Shown: positions 9,446-20,801 of the stretch, one piece after another
Layout: each line of letters starts with the position of its first letter
Position numbering within the stretch: the first letter of the stretch is position 1
Assembly (NCBI GenBank): GCA_947449005.1
Contig: CANFPP010000005.1
Coordinates: forward strand, 2,880-66,879
Source of the DNA: Holosporales bacterium
GTDB taxonomy: Bacteria > Pseudomonadota > Alphaproteobacteria > Paracaedibacterales > CANFPP01
Length of the DNA stretch: 64,000 nucleotides
Reading direction: 5' to 3'
Notes under the pieces: generated by a model
Seen by the model: the letters and a program-made list of their open reading frames with translations, nothing else
Told to the model about the DNA's origin: nothing
Database searches by the model: none
Translations under genes and position numbers: made by a program

Positions 9446-9510
9446 ATAAATTGTTAATACATTTACGTTAATATTAATACCATGACACTAAATTTTGAAA
9501 TGGTAATCAA

Positions 9511-10491
9511 ATGCTTAAGGTTGTATTAGTTCTTTTAATAAGTATCTCTCCTGTATTTTCTTCTCAGTATAATAGCAGAATAAGACAAAGCATTGAACGT
9601 GGGCAGCAAATGGCCGCGGATGCAGAATACAAAGAAGCTCTTCGTCAAGCCGAGATACAAGTAGTTGAAGAAAATAGACGGCAAGAAAAAGCTGAAAAAT
9701 TAACACTGATTAGTAGAATTAAACAACTAGAAGAATTAGCAATAAATCCTGCAAATTGGAAAGCAATAGAGGGGAATGTTATTGCGCGAATTCCACAAGA
9801 AAATCGTGAGGATATCACAACTCAAGCCGAGAGATTAAATATAAATGGCTGGTTTGAATCTTCACTTTCATCTCGAAGTATTTTAATTACGTGCCTTGAA
9901 TACATAAAAAGAGATCGAGAGATAATTGTTACAGATCTATTGAATTTATTTGGACATTTACAGCAAGTAACCTTTGATAATCGTTTAGAATTTATAAAAA
10001 AACTAACTATAAATATCTGTGACAATGACCGTGCAGATGTTCTTCAGCAAATCTTAAGACTAAGTCAGAAAGGCGCAAACTATCGCGCTCTCTTTAACAT
10101 GATTGATGCAATGAAGGGTGATAATAATCGAAGCATTACGACAAACTGTCTAATTCGATTAATAGAACGTTGCCCTAAGCTTCTTAATCTTCCAACAAAT
10201 TGTTCAGAACTTTTTACGCGCATAAAAGATATTCCAGCTTTAGATCGAGTGGATGTGATTAATCACGTATTAAAATTAGCGATGGAAGATATGTCTAAAG
10301 ATGATTTGGTCAATCTTATTGCTTCAATGCGCACGACACAAAGAGATAATCGAGATGCTCTAGTTGCAGAAAAAGAAAATCAGGTTTATCCAATTATCGT
10401 AGAGCAACCGGGGACATCTCGATATGAGGCTGATAGAACGAGCCCTTATAGTGCGACCAATAGGCCAATCTTAAAACCTCTCGTAAGATAG
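9511..10491 (+). CDS. hypothetical secreted helical-repeat protein
   Basis: Signal peptide MLKVVLVLLISISPVFSS. A motif [DN]R-x2-3-[IV]-x3-L-x-L recurs at least six times. Confidence 0.55.
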   Translation: MLKVVLVLLISISPVFSSQYNSRIRQSIERGQQMAADAEYKEALRQAEIQVVEENRRQEKAEKLTLISRIKQLEELAINPANWKAIEGNVIARIPQENREDITTQAERLNINGWFESSLSSRSILITCLEYIKRDREIIVTDLLNLFGHLQQVTFDNRLEFIKKLTINICDNDRADVLQQILRLSQKGANYRALFNMIDAMKGDNNRSITTNCLIRLIERCPKLLNLPTNCSELFTRIKDIPALDRVDVINHVLKLAMEDMSKDDLVNLIASMRTTQRDNRDALVAEKENQVYPIIVEQPGTSRYEADRTSPYSATNRPILKPLVR

Positions 10492-10618
10492 TAACTAAAG
10501 TAAAAAATTATCACGGAAGATAGTTAAAGGCTCAAAAATTAACTTAAAAATAGAAATCTTCCTCTGAAATGGGTATATAGTAATAGATTACTAATTCTTT
10601 TTCCAAAAGACCCATAAA

Positions 10619-13483
10619 ATGACATCACAAATTACGATTCGCGGTGCACGTGAGCATAACCTCAAAAACCTAAATGTTGATATTCCTCGTGATAAGCTCG
10701 TTGTCATTACGGGGCTAAGTGGGTCTGGAAAATCTTCCTTGGCATTTGATACGCTGTATGCTGAAGGACAAAGACGGTATGTTGAGAGTTTATCCGCCTA
10801 TGCACGCCAATTTTTACAACTTATGCAAAAGCCAGATGTTGATTCCATTGATGGGCTGAGTCCTGCAATTTCTATTGAGCAAAAAACCACCTCAAAAAAC
10901 CCAAGATCAACAGTCGGCACTATAACCGAATTAAACGACTATATTCGTCTTTTGTATGCACGTGTTGGCGTGCCTCATTCGCCAGCAACAGGTTTGCCGA
11001 TTGAAGCTCAAACCGTAAGTCAAATGGTTGACCGTATTTTAGAAATGCCTGAAAAAACCAAGCTTTTGATTTTGGCGCCAATTGTGCGTGGTCGCAAGGG
11101 TGAGTACAAAAAAGAACTTCAAGACTTGCGCAAAAAAGGATTTCAACGCGTAAAAATTGATGGGACAATTTTTGAGATTGATGAAGCGCCTGCGCTTAAT
11201 AAAAAAGTTAATCATGACATCAGCGTTGTTGTCGATCGATTGGTTGTACCAAACTCTGAAGCTGCTGGTGAAATGATTTCTCGTGTTGCTGATTCTCTTG
11301 AAACAGCTTTGAAATTAAGTGAAAGTTTGATTTTTGTAGAGAATGTTGACACCAAAGAAATCACAACATTTTCCGCAAAGTTTGCTTGTCCTGTTTCAGG
11401 TTTTACTCTTGATGAAATCGAGCCGCGTCTTTTCTCTTTTAATAGTCCACAAGGAGCCTGCCCAAGCTGCGATGGCCTTGGAATTGAGCTGGTATTTGAT
11501 ACTTCATTGATCATTCCGAATCCACGACTGTCTTTGAGAGAAGGCGCGATTCTTCCTTGGAGTGATGAGACTGCTGTTAGTAGACGCAGTGCGTATTCAC
11601 GAGAGTATTACATGCAAGCCCTAGACTCAGTAGCACGTTATTATAATGTTTCTGCAAACGAACCTTTCCAAAGTTTGCCGCCACTCGTACAAGAAATTAT
11701 TCTCAATGGATCTGGAACAGAAATCATTCCGATTACGTACAATGATGGCGCTCGAAATTACATAACAAAGAAACCATTTGAGGGTGTTCTCCCGAATTTA
11801 AAACGCCGCTGGAAAGACACCGAAAGCGAGTGGATGCGCGAAACCCTCGGACGTTATCAAAATGATCACCCGTGTTCGGTTTGTAATGGCTATCGTTTAA
11901 AACCAGAAGCTCTTTCAGTTAAAATCAACAATAAGCACATCGGGGAAGTTTGTGAACTCTCTATCTCGGATGCACTTAATTGGTTTAACACCCTCACCTT
12001 GACACCGAAACAACAAGAAGTCGCGTCGCGTATCTTAAAGGAAATTACCAGTAGATTAAGTTTCCTTGTCAACGTTGGTCTTAATTATCTCAATCTTTCT
12101 CGCGCTTCTGGGACCTTATCCGGAGGAGAGAGTCAGCGTATTCGATTAGCATCACAAATTGGTTCAGGATTAACAGGCGTTCTTTATGTATTAGACGAGC
12201 CTTCAATTGGATTGCATCAACGTGATAATGATCGACTTCTAACAACTCTTAAGCATCTAAGGGATATTGGCAACACAGTCGTCGTTGTTGAGCATGATGA
12301 AGATGCAATTCGCATGGCCGATTATGTTATTGATATGGGGCCTGCCGCAGGAGTTCATGGTGGAGAAATTATTGCTCAGGGAACTCCAGCTGAAATTATG
12401 AAATCTCCTGAGAGTTTAACCGGACAGTATCTCAACAAAACGCGAACTATCCCAATACCTGAAAAACGCCGTTTGGGTCACAAGGGGATGACTTTAGAAA
12501 TTAAAGGGGCTCGGGCAAACAACCTTAAAAAAGTAAATGTAACATTTCCACTCGGCACCTTTACTTGTGTGACTGGAGTTTCTGGAGGCGGAAAATCTTC
12601 GCTGGTAATTGAAACACTTTACAAAGCGTTAGCACGTTCTTTCCATAATGGGCGTGATCTTCCAGGTGCTTATGACGATATTCTAGGAATGGAATATATC
12701 GACAAAATTATTGATATTGATCAATCGCCAATTGGCAGAACACCACGTTCCAATCCTGCAACCTATATTGGTTGCTTCACGGCAATTCGAGAATGGTTTG
12801 CTGGCCTTCCAGAATCCAAAGTACGTGGTTACAGTCCAGGCCGTTTCTCTTTCAACGTAAAAGGAGGACGCTGTGAATCTTGTCAGGGTGATGGCGTTAT
12901 TAAAATTGAAATGCATTTCTTGCCTGACGTTTACGTTAAATGCGACCAGTGCCATGGCAAACGATATAATCGTGAAACTCTAGACATCACCTTTAAAGGG
13001 AAAACCATTGCCGACATTTTAGATTTAACTGTTGAGGAAGCAGTCGAGTTTTTTGATTCTCATGCACAAGTGCGCGATAAGATGATTGGCCTTCAACAAG
13101 TTGGACTAGGCTACATTCACGTTGGTCAGCAGGCAACAACCTTATCGGGTGGTGAAGCACAGCGCGTAAAACTTGCAAAAGAACTCTCACGTCGTTCAAC
13201 AGGAAAAACTCTTTATATTCTCGATGAACCAACCACAGGGTTACACTTTGAAGATATTCGAAAACTCCTCGAGGTTCTCCACACATTAGTAGATCAAGGC
13301 AATACCGTTATTGTTATTGAGCATAATCTTGAAGTTATAAAAACAGCAGATTGGATTATTGATATGGGCCCTGAAGGCGGCGCAGGGGGAGGCCAAGTTG
13401 TTGCAACCGGCACTCCAGAAGACATTGTAAAGATCAAAACTAGCTTTACTGGGCATTACCTAACTTCGTGTTTAAAAATTTAG
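10619..13483 (+). CDS. uvrA: excinuclease ABC subunit A
   Basis: 954 aa with two ABC modules (GLSGSGKSS; GVSGGGKSS; LSGGESQR; LSGGEAQR) and zinc-finger cysteines (CPSCDGLG; CESCQGDG...CDQCHG). Confidence 0.97.
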   Translation: MTSQITIRGAREHNLKNLNVDIPRDKLVVITGLSGSGKSSLAFDTLYAEGQRRYVESLSAYARQFLQLMQKPDVDSIDGLSPAISIEQKTTSKNPRSTVGTITELNDYIRLLYARVGVPHSPATGLPIEAQTVSQMVDRILEMPEKTKLLILAPIVRGRKGEYKKELQDLRKKGFQRVKIDGTIFEIDEAPALNKKVNHDISVVVDRLVVPNSEAAGEMISRVADSLETALKLSESLIFVENVDTKEITTFSAKFACPVSGFTLDEIEPRLFSFNSPQGACPSCDGLGIELVFDTSLIIPNPRLSLREGAILPWSDETAVSRRSAYSREYYMQALDSVARYYNVSANEPFQSLPPLVQEIILNGSGTEIIPITYNDGARNYITKKPFEGVLPNLKRRWKDTESEWMRETLGRYQNDHPCSVCNGYRLKPEALSVKINNKHIGEVCELSISDALNWFNTLTLTPKQQEVASRILKEITSRLSFLVNVGLNYLNLSRASGTLSGGESQRIRLASQIGSGLTGVLYVLDEPSIGLHQRDNDRLLTTLKHLRDIGNTVVVVEHDEDAIRMADYVIDMGPAAGVHGGEIIAQGTPAEIMKSPESLTGQYLNKTRTIPIPEKRRLGHKGMTLEIKGARANNLKKVNVTFPLGTFTCVTGVSGGGKSSLVIETLYKALARSFHNGRDLPGAYDDILGMEYIDKIIDIDQSPIGRTPRSNPATYIGCFTAIREWFAGLPESKVRGYSPGRFSFNVKGGRCESCQGDGVIKIEMHFLPDVYVKCDQCHGKRYNRETLDITFKGKTIADILDLTVEEAVEFFDSHAQVRDKMIGLQQVGLGYIHVGQQATTLSGGEAQRVKLAKELSRRSTGKTLYILDEPTTGLHFEDIRKLLEVLHTLVDQGNTVIVIEHNLEVIKTADWIIDMGPEGGAGGGQVVATGTPEDIVKIKTSFTGHYLTSCLKI

Positions 13484-13486
13484 GAA

Positions 13487-13897
13487 TTAGTCAGGGCGGA
13501 GCATGTAATTATCCTCAGTTTCTTCATTTACATTATCATGATTGTCTCCTAAAATTTCTTCAGGATCGCTTTCTAAGTCTTCTTCAGTAGACGTCTGTGA
13601 TGTTAGATTCGGATGAGGTATTATTGGCTTCTCATTTTGATAAAACTCTCCAGCCTTTTTATACATTGCAAGAGTAACAGGATCCATTGCAGAACATTTA
13701 TAGCTTTCAAAATCATGGTCGGCTGGGCCACTTAGTGGCTTACCCGAAGGTTGTCTTATAATGGCTATTCTTCTTCTATCTATTCCTCTAGTTTCTAAAT
13801 TTGCTATTACCTTATTTATCTCATCATCATCTAAGCCTAAGGCTCCTACACTTAAGCTCATGAAAAGTGATAGTGATAATATTTTTTTAAATAACAT
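13487..13897 (-). CDS. hypothetical small secreted protein with acidic tail
   Basis: Signal peptide MLFKKILSLSLFMSLSVGALG and an acidic C-terminus (EEDLESDPEEILGDNHDNVNEETEDNY). The stop lies 3 nt from the uvrA stop. No similarity recognised. Confidence 0.4.
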   Translation of the reverse strand: MLFKKILSLSLFMSLSVGALGLDDDEINKVIANLETRGIDRRRIAIIRQPSGKPLSGPADHDFESYKCSAMDPVTLAMYKKAGEFYQNEKPIIPHPNLTSQTSTEEDLESDPEEILGDNHDNVNEETEDNYMLRPD

Positions 13898-14154
13898 ACC
13901 CTTGCCCTCTCTTAATAAAATATTTTACAAAGAAATATAGCGATATTTCGCCCTATAGTTAGAGTACATACAAAAAACAATAAAGGGCTGTCAAACAATC
14001 TTTTTCTACTCAAAATAAATACCTATTTTATAAAATACTATTTCCAGAACTCAAAGTTGAAATGCACTGAGGTTGATTAAGTTAGAAATTATCGGATTTT
14101 ATTTTGGAGAGAAAAATTAAACAATCCCTATTGGTTAAAGATTTTCTGTGAGTT

Positions 14155-14390
14155 CAGGCTTGCACTTTGAAGATATTAGAAAACTTCTTGAGGTTCTGCA
14201 CACATTAGTAGATCAAGGTAACACCGTTATTGTTTTGAGCATAATCTTGAAGTTATAAAAACAGCAGATTGGCCCATTGATATGGGCCCTGAAGGTGGGG
14301 CAGGGGGCGGTCAAGTTGTTGCAACTGGCACTCCTGAAGAAATTGTAAAGATAAAAAGCTTTACGGGCCACTATCTAGCTCCGTGCCTAA
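14155..14390 (+). pseudogene. decayed duplicate of the uvrA 3' end
   Basis: Aligns by eye with uvrA 13236-13483 at roughly 85-90% identity. It carries frame-breaking indels (gttattgttttgagc versus gttattgttattgagc; a 3-nt gap near the end). Confidence 0.85.
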
Positions 14391-16478
14391 GCCAATCTCA
14401 AAATTTGTGATATCAAAACTCTTATTTGCGATCTCAAAACTATTAAACAGATGCTTCAACGGATTACTTTCTAAGGGAAAAACCATTGCAATAGGCAGCG
14501 CTAATCTTTGCTTTCCTGATGTGCTAAGATCAAACCATGTAGCTGTTGTTTCTTTATGATAATCAGGGGTGCATTGAGAATGTGGATCTGAACTGGATCT
14601 CATTATTCTAAAAGATGCCGACTTCTCAGAGCTTCCAATGGGTTCGAAGTCTTCGTATGCAGGTGCCCCATGAGGAGCTGAATTACATCTGCATAATGCT
14701 TCACAATCTTCAAGTTTACTTTGATAGTTTCTAAATAAATCGCCCCCAGAATCTGTTAAGGTAAAGCTTTTAAAGATATTAACTTTCTCGGTTAGAATTT
14801 CTTTTGGTGTTAACTCTCTTGGATTGATAGTAAAGGCCTTAGGTAATGGTTTTCGTGTGAAGAGCTGTTCATTGCTCGGAACGATTTCTAGTATTTCTTG
14901 AATCCACCTTTCTTTGAACGCTGAAAATGAATCAGGTAATTGTCTTAAAAGTTGTTCTATTGTTTGCAGTGCTAATGAGCCAATAAAAGTTGCTTTAGGT
15001 GGTGTTGCAACAATATAACCCTCGCTTGTAATCTCAGGAGATTCATAACGTCTTTCACTTAAAGGACCCTCTCTTCTTACTGCTTTATGTAATTTCGCAC
15101 CTAATAGTGTCATTTTATCAAAACGACTCTCTGAACTACCTTCATCTCTAAAGCTTTCTTTAAACTCATGAAGAATTTTTTCTCCATGAATATTTACATC
15201 TTTAGGATCTATTCCTGTTTTTCCACGTTCTGGATAAGATCCACCCTCTATGCAACGATAGATGAGTGCTGTTTTCTCATCCAACGGCATAAACATTTCT
15301 CCACCTGGTAATGTAAAAAGTGGTGTTTTTTGTAAAAGAGGAACACGGCTTATATCGCAGAATGCCATAACTCTATCTTCAATTATAAATCCTGAAAAAT
15401 CTGAAGAGGCGCTTGCAGCTTCTGAAGCGCCTGAAATTCTTTGATTTTCATCCCATGCTGTAATGATTACATGGTCAAAAATTTTATGTCTAAAATCTAT
15501 CTCGGATGTTGAGCATTCTGATTCGGGGGAAATTTCTGCAGATTTACTATAAATTACCTTGAAAGTACCATCTTCATTTTTAGTGACTCCAGAAACGCAG
15601 CTATTATTTTCTATAGTAATATATCTACTTTCATATATACACTTCTTTATTCTTGCATTTCTTTCGTCATTCTTCATAAACTTATCTTTTGTTGACTTTA
15701 TCCCTCCTGAAAAATCAGGGCCAAATGCTTTTTGAACTTTTTCTGGAGGAAGATCGCTTTGAGATAGTAGTGCTTTAGGTGTTGTTGGAAGGCCGCGCTT
15801 TTTCCTTTTTTGCCTTGCAGCTTTGTGTGCATCTTGTTGTGTTCGAAGTGTCAAATCTGAATCTGCACGCGGAAAATACATAATAGGAGTCGACGTATCA
15901 TAGAGCCCAGGCAACATAAATTCAAAGAGAGCTCCAGATGCTTGACAGTCTGCAGCTGTATCGGGATCCATTGGGTATTCTCGTCCTCCAGCATGAAGCA
16001 CAGCGGATGTTTCAAAAGTAGAGCCATTGATAACATCACTGTTTCTTTCGAAAATTGTTATCACAAATCTTAGGCCATAAAATCTTGCTTCCTCTGATAA
16101 ATTTGATAAGAGAGTCGCTATTATTGAACCAGCTCCACCACCTCCAATAATGGCAATTCTACGCGTTATAATATTTCTGGGATCAGGGCTAATTATTGGC
16201 ACAGAATGGGTGTAAGTTAAATTTGGCTGTGGCGAACTAATACCGCAATCGCTATAGCTTTTTTTGTGTCTTTTTGGACTATTTCGTTTAGGGATATATT
16301 CTTCTTCTTCAGAATCTGTCGTAATAGAAATATCCAGCAAGGGAAGAAAAGGCTCTATATCCTCCTTGGAAGAAATAGATCCTGTGGTAGTACAATCATC
16401 GTCTGTTGTAAAATCAACCGAAGCCAGTGCTAAAGGACTTAACAAGAGCGATAGAAGTCCTATTCTTTTAAAGAACAT
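14361..16478 (-). CDS. secreted FAD/NAD(P)-Rossmann oxidoreductase-like protein (DAO-like), paralogue 1
   Basis: Signal peptide [20 protein letters not shown] and a Ser/Asp/Glu-rich linker. Dinucleotide fold [13 protein letters not shown]...ITIFE, then [14 protein letters not shown]. Confidence 0.65.
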   Translation of the reverse strand: MFFKRIGLLSLLLSPLALASVDFTTDDDCTTTGSISSKEDIEPFLPLLDISITTDSEEEEYIPKRNSPKRHKKSYSDCGISSPQPNLTYTHSVPIISPDPRNIITRRIAIIGGGGAGSIIATLLSNLSEEARFYGLRFVITIFERNSDVINGSTFETSAVLHAGGREYPMDPDTAADCQASGALFEFMLPGLYDTSTPIMYFPRADSDLTLRTQQDAHKAARQKRKKRGLPTTPKALLSQSDLPPEKVQKAFGPDFSGGIKSTKDKFMKNDERNARIKKCIYESRYITIENNSCVSGVTKNEDGTFKVIYSKSAEISPESECSTSEIDFRHKIFDHVIITAWDENQRISGASEAASASSDFSGFIIEDRVMAFCDISRVPLLQKTPLFTLPGGEMFMPLDEKTALIYRCIEGGSYPERGKTGIDPKDVNIHGEKILHEFKESFRDEGSSESRFDKMTLLGAKLHKAVRREGPLSERRYESPEITSEGYIVATPPKATFIGSLALQTIEQLLRQLPDSFSAFKERWIQEILEIVPSNEQLFTRKPLPKAFTINPRELTPKEILTEKVNIFKSFTLTDSGGDLFRNYQSKLEDCEALCRCNSAPHGAPAYEDFEPIGSSEKSASFRIMRSSSDPHSQCTPDYHKETTATWFDLSTSGKQRLALPIAMVFPLESNPLKHLFNSFEIANKSFDITNFEIGLGTELDSGP

Positions 16479-16506
16479 AATTTTTCATTATAAAAGCTGC
16501 ATATAT

Positions 16507-16650
16507 GGCGGTTATATTGGAGAAAAATAAATTCGTCGACAACTTATTTAAAATGATTGGAAAATTAAATCTCGTAAAAATAGAGAGTATTTTGGAAGGA
16601 AAAAATGAAGAAATTCTAGCGTAACTCTTGTTTTTCTTTTCTACAGCTAT
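16507..16650 (-). promoter_or_regulatory. conserved upstream module, copy 1 (precedes the 705-aa gene)
   Basis: Homologous by eye to 20481-20625 and 22172-22295 (plus-strand anchors: ggNggttata..gagaaaaata..cgtcgaNaNct..tattNaaaat, followed further on by taacNct and a T-rich run). Confidence 0.5.
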
Positions 16651-16874
16651 AAGGATTTATGTCATTTTGCTAAAATTTTTTGCGCTCATAAGTAGAAAAC
16701 AACATTGATTTTCAATCAAATGGGAGATCTTGGAACTTGCAGAAGATGTTTAAAGCTGTAATCAAAACTTTAAAGCAGGATCTTCATTTATGAAAGTTCC
16801 AGAAGCAGGTCAATGTCAACGAATTAGCTGATCTCTACCTTTTTTACGTGCACTGTTCTAGAAGAACAACGCAG

Positions 16875-18938
16875 CTAGAATTTTTTACTCACAAGAGGAT
16901 TTCGCATATTATCTACGATGACCCGGAAGGATTTATTTCCTTTTGTATTTGTTTTGAAATAAGTGGTTGATTTTAAATTACTGTAGCTAATCACAAGGTC
17001 AAAGTGTGAAAATTGTGGAAAATCTAAAGTACGATTCACAAAGCGTGAGCCTGATCTAGATCTGTTTATTGGTGCTGGCGCTGATAACAAAGAATCATCA
17101 GAAGCAGAGCTATTACTACTGAAAAGAGAAGAAGAAGCTACAGATACTGGTGATAACACATGATGGGTTTTAATCCCAGGCTCATTGAGAACACAAGAAG
17201 GGGCTGCGACAGTAGTGTCTGACAACGACGAATGGATTGTTCTTGCTCTACGTAACGGAGACAAACCATGAAGTTTACTTTGATATGTCGTTCCTTCTTT
17301 TGTTAGTTGAAAACTTTCAAACAGTTTAAAGTTTTCACTTTGGATATCATCCTTTTCTATTGCGGTTTGTATTGTAAAAACTTCTGGTAGTTTTTCTTCG
17401 GTGCAAACCCCTCTATTATCAAGGAAAAGTTGATGCATTGCTTTTAACCAAATGTTAGAAAATTCTGAAGCATCAGACAATTGCTCTAAAAATTTCTCTA
17501 TCATTTGTAATGCTAACCAGGGAATGTAGGTTGCTTTAGTCGGAGTTCCAACAATAATATTTTCACTTGTTACAACTGGCGGTACATGAGGTCTTTGGTG
17601 AGAAGGTTTGCCTGACTCTTTCATTATTTTTAGAACTTTTGCACCTAATAGTTTTACTTCCTCAAATGGGTTGCGACCATTATGACTGAAGCCTGCTGTC
17701 TTTAATTCCTCAAGGATTTTTTCACCATGCTTTATTGTATGTCCAAGAGGAATTTCTGTTGTACCAGCTTCTGGATAAGACCCTCCCTCTGTACAACGGT
17801 AAACTAACCCTAGTTCATTGCTTATCGGCATAAACATTAAGCCGCCTTGTAATGTAAAAAATGGTGTGTTCTGTAAATGTGGCACACCACTGATATTACA
17901 CAATGCAATGACACGATCTTCTGCGGTAAGTCCGAGGTCAGAAGAATTCTCTGAAGCGTCTAAGATATTTTGATTGCTATCCCAAGCTGTCATAATAACA
18001 TGATCAAATGATTGATCTGTAGGCTTATCATCAACCATGATAGAAAAAGTACCAGCTGTGTTTTTAACAACCCCAGAAACCCGTGTGTTCGTTTTTACCG
18101 TAATTTCATGATCGCGTTCTATGCATTTTCTTATTCTGGCATTTCTTTCAAAGATATTAGTTGGTTTATCCTTCTTTGATATCACTCCTCCAGAAACAGG
18201 ATCGCCAAATGCATACTGAACTTCTTCTAAAGAAAGTTCACGCACAGGTGTCATAGGACGCCCAATATTTTCTTTTGCTTGGGTAAATGCTTTTTGTTGC
18301 ATTTCGGATGTTAAAGAAGAACCTGTGCGCGTAAAATACATAATTGGAAGTGAGTTCTCATATAAACCAGGAAGCATTTTCTCACCTAGGCTACCAAATA
18401 CTTGACAATCAGTAATTGTATCAACATCTTCTGGATATTCACATCCACCTGCATGGTTAACAGCCGCTATTTCAAAAGTAGATCCTGTAATAATATCTTT
18501 GCCTCTTTCAAAGATTGTGATCTCGAATCTTAAGCCATAATGCCTCGCTAGCTTCGATAGGTTTGATAATAGGATTGCGGTTGTTGAGCCAGCACCTCCT
18601 CCCCCTATAATTGCAATTCTACGTACTTTAATTCTGCGTGCTTCATTAATAGATTCAGAGCCTATGCTTGACAGATCACTTTCACGACTATACAGACTCG
18701 ATGGGCTTAGACATTCTGTCAAAGAGTCACTTTCAGTAGTTTCATCTGAATCCCATTCATTATATATTTTACTGTTAACTTTCGCATTGCTTGCGCTTGA
18801 TACGTCATCATTCTCATTGATTGAATTTGCCAAATTTAGAAATTCTTTATTATGAGTAGGGTCGCAAATAGCATTAATTGAAGTTAATGCAAACGAGATT
18901 AATGCAAGGCATAAAGATGCTAATTTTTTTAAAAACAT
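16875..18938 (-). CDS. secreted FAD/NAD(P)-Rossmann oxidoreductase-like protein (DAO-like), paralogue 2
   Basis: Signal peptide MFLKKLASLCLALISFALTSINA. Motifs [13 protein letters not shown]...ITIFE and GSTFEIAAVNHAGG. Roughly half the residues are identical to the 705-aa paralogue across the core, and the tails are divergent. Confidence 0.65.
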   Translation of the reverse strand: MFLKKLASLCLALISFALTSINAICDPTHNKEFLNLANSINENDDVSSASNAKVNSKIYNEWDSDETTESDSLTECLSPSSLYSRESDLSSIGSESINEARRIKVRRIAIIGGGGAGSTTAILLSNLSKLARHYGLRFEITIFERGKDIITGSTFEIAAVNHAGGCEYPEDVDTITDCQVFGSLGEKMLPGLYENSLPIMYFTRTGSSLTSEMQQKAFTQAKENIGRPMTPVRELSLEEVQYAFGDPVSGGVISKKDKPTNIFERNARIRKCIERDHEITVKTNTRVSGVVKNTAGTFSIMVDDKPTDQSFDHVIMTAWDSNQNILDASENSSDLGLTAEDRVIALCNISGVPHLQNTPFFTLQGGLMFMPISNELGLVYRCTEGGSYPEAGTTEIPLGHTIKHGEKILEELKTAGFSHNGRNPFEEVKLLGAKVLKIMKESGKPSHQRPHVPPVVTSENIIVGTPTKATYIPWLALQMIEKFLEQLSDASEFSNIWLKAMHQLFLDNRGVCTEEKLPEVFTIQTAIEKDDIQSENFKLFESFQLTKEGTTYQSKLHGLSPLRRARTIHSSLSDTTVAAPSCVLNEPGIKTHHVLSPVSVASSSLFSSNSSASDDSLLSAPAPINRSRSGSRFVNRTLDFPQFSHFDLVISYSNLKSTTYFKTNTKGNKSFRVIVDNMRNPLVSKKF

Positions 18939-18949
18939 GATTTTTTTGT

Positions 18950-20449
18950 CTAAGCAATTGCTTGGGTAGGTAGCATGAATTTAAAGGTTGTTCCAACATC
19001 TTCTTGAGAAGATACTTTGATTGAACCACCATGATTTTCTACGATTTTTTTGCAGAGATTTAAGCCAATTCCATAACTGCTTCCTTCATTGCGGGAATGG
19101 AATCTCTTAAAGGGAAGAAAAATTTCTTTGTGATATTCTTTAGGAATTCCAATGCCATTATCTTTAATTTGGAACTCAACAAAAGTATCTTTTATATTGG
19201 ATGTAATATTAATAAATGGCGTTTTAGGATACTTATTAAACTTGATCGCATTAGTAATCAAGTTTTGGAATAATTGGATAACCTGGAGGCGATCAGCATA
19301 AATAATGGGCAATGTATCACAAGAGATTGTTGCACTTTTTTCCTGGATTTGGACCGAGAGCATCGACAGAACTTCAGAAATCATATCATTTGCAGAAAAG
19401 AATTTCATGGAATTTGTGCGCAATCCATTGGTGGAATACTCGAGAACAGAATTGATGAGTTTGTTCATTCTTGAGGTTCCGTCCTTGATAATCTTCAGAC
19501 ATTCAACAACCCCTTCAGCTTTTTTTTCCTCATAGTCTCTCAAAGCTAATGTAGAAAAAGAGCTAATCGTCCGTAAGGGTTCCTTTAATTCATGGCAACA
19601 AATATGGGCGAAACAATCTAAATCACTGTTAAGATTCTTGAGTTTTTCAACAGCTTGTTCAAGATCATTCTTTTTTTCTTCTAATTCTTTAGTCCGTTCT
19701 TTGACTCGCTCTTTTAATTCTTTGGCATGCTTTTTTAAAGCCTCTCTAGCCTTCTTAATCTCTGTAATATTGTGAGAAATTCCTACCAGAATTTTATTTC
19801 CGGCGGCAGTTTTAAAAACAGATTTCTTTGTAGAAACTATTAAAGGACCATATTTTTTACTCGTTAGCTTTTCTTCATTTATTGTTGTTTTTTCGGATTT
19901 GAACGTTTTTCTATCAAGTCGATAAAAAACTTTACTTTCTTCTTTAGAGAAAAAATCAATATCACTTTTCCTTAAAGCGTCTTCTCTTTTGCAATCCAAT
20001 GAGTCTAAAAAAGCTTGATTTACATACATGAACCGATGCTTGTTATCTTTAACAAAAATTGGATCTGGGACTGTATTAATAATATTATTAAGCATTGTAT
20101 TTTTGTTATGTATATGTGTGTTGTCTACTAAAATAAGGGCGTACTTACTTCCCAATGAAAACAAGTAATATGTGAAATATAATGATTCGTCTGTTGTTTT
20201 TTGAAGTCTTAGGTTGTTTGAGATTATTTTGCGATGTAGGGTCGTTTGTACAATGTCTTCATTGAATCTTTCTAACGAATCTTTGCTCATATAATGAGAT
20301 AAATTATCGTGATTTGACTTAATTAGATTGTTAAACACGCTATTTCTAAAAATAATATTACCTTCTTTGCTAATGACCAAAATAGAGGTTGGGACAACTT
20401 TTCCAAGGAATTGCCAAAAATTAACATTCTGGAATATCTTTTTAATCAT
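18950..20449 (-). CDS. cytoplasmic PAS-domain sensor histidine kinase (orphan)
   Basis: H-box CHELKEPLRTI, N-box LFQNLITNAIKF, G1 DNGIGIP and G2 GIGLNLCKKIV are present. There are PAS-like segments and a coiled-coil linker, and no TM segment. Confidence 0.85.
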   Translation of the reverse strand: MIKKIFQNVNFWQFLGKVVPTSILVISKEGNIIFRNSVFNNLIKSNHDNLSHYMSKDSLERFNEDIVQTTLHRKIISNNLRLQKTTDESLYFTYYLFSLGSKYALILVDNTHIHNKNTMLNNIINTVPDPIFVKDNKHRFMYVNQAFLDSLDCKREDALRKSDIDFFSKEESKVFYRLDRKTFKSEKTTINEEKLTSKKYGPLIVSTKKSVFKTAAGNKILVGISHNITEIKKAREALKKHAKELKERVKERTKELEEKKNDLEQAVEKLKNLNSDLDCFAHICCHELKEPLRTISSFSTLALRDYEEKKAEGVVECLKIIKDGTSRMNKLINSVLEYSTNGLRTNSMKFFSANDMISEVLSMLSVQIQEKSATISCDTLPIIYADRLQVIQLFQNLITNAIKFNKYPKTPFINITSNIKDTFVEFQIKDNGIGIPKEYHKEIFLPFKRFHSRNEGSSYGIGLNLCKKIVENHGGSIKVSSQEDVGTTFKFMLPTQAIA

Positions 20450-20480
20450 AAAAATTAAGGGCCCCTATAACTCTAACTAC

Positions 20481-20625
20481 GGAGGTTATAAGAGAAAAAT
20501 ATGCACACGTCGATAGCTTTATTCAAAATTGACAGAGTGCTGATTTTGTGAAAAACAGGAAAAATTGTTAGGGAAGGGGGATGAAAAAACTCAACATAAC
20601 TCTTATTTTTTTTCTGTAAAACTAG
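20481..20625 (-). promoter_or_regulatory. conserved upstream module, copy 2 (precedes the intact kinase)
   Basis: Same module as 16507-16650 and 22172-22295. On the coding strand it reads TTGAAT-N17-CATATT, a plausible sigma-70-like -35/-10 pair. Confidence 0.5.
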
Positions 20626-20801
20626 AAAATTTTATACAGATTAACAAAATTTTTTTCCCTTATAAGTTGGAAACGCAATTCATTTTCAACTAAAATGATC
20701 AAAGATGCTCAGGGGGGCTTGAAGAATAAGCAGATGGAGATTGGATTGTTGTATCTGGAATTCTAGAACAGCCTATTCTTTTAAAAATGCAATTTATTTA
20801 C

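Noticed and set aside
13487-13897. Possibility that the 136-aa ORF is the remnant N-terminus of a third flavoprotein paralogue (it contains RRRIAII, compare [13 protein letters not shown])
   Set aside because: The similarity is limited to six residues plus a generic signal peptide and acidic segment. The glycine-rich loop is absent. Too weak to claim without an alignment statistic.
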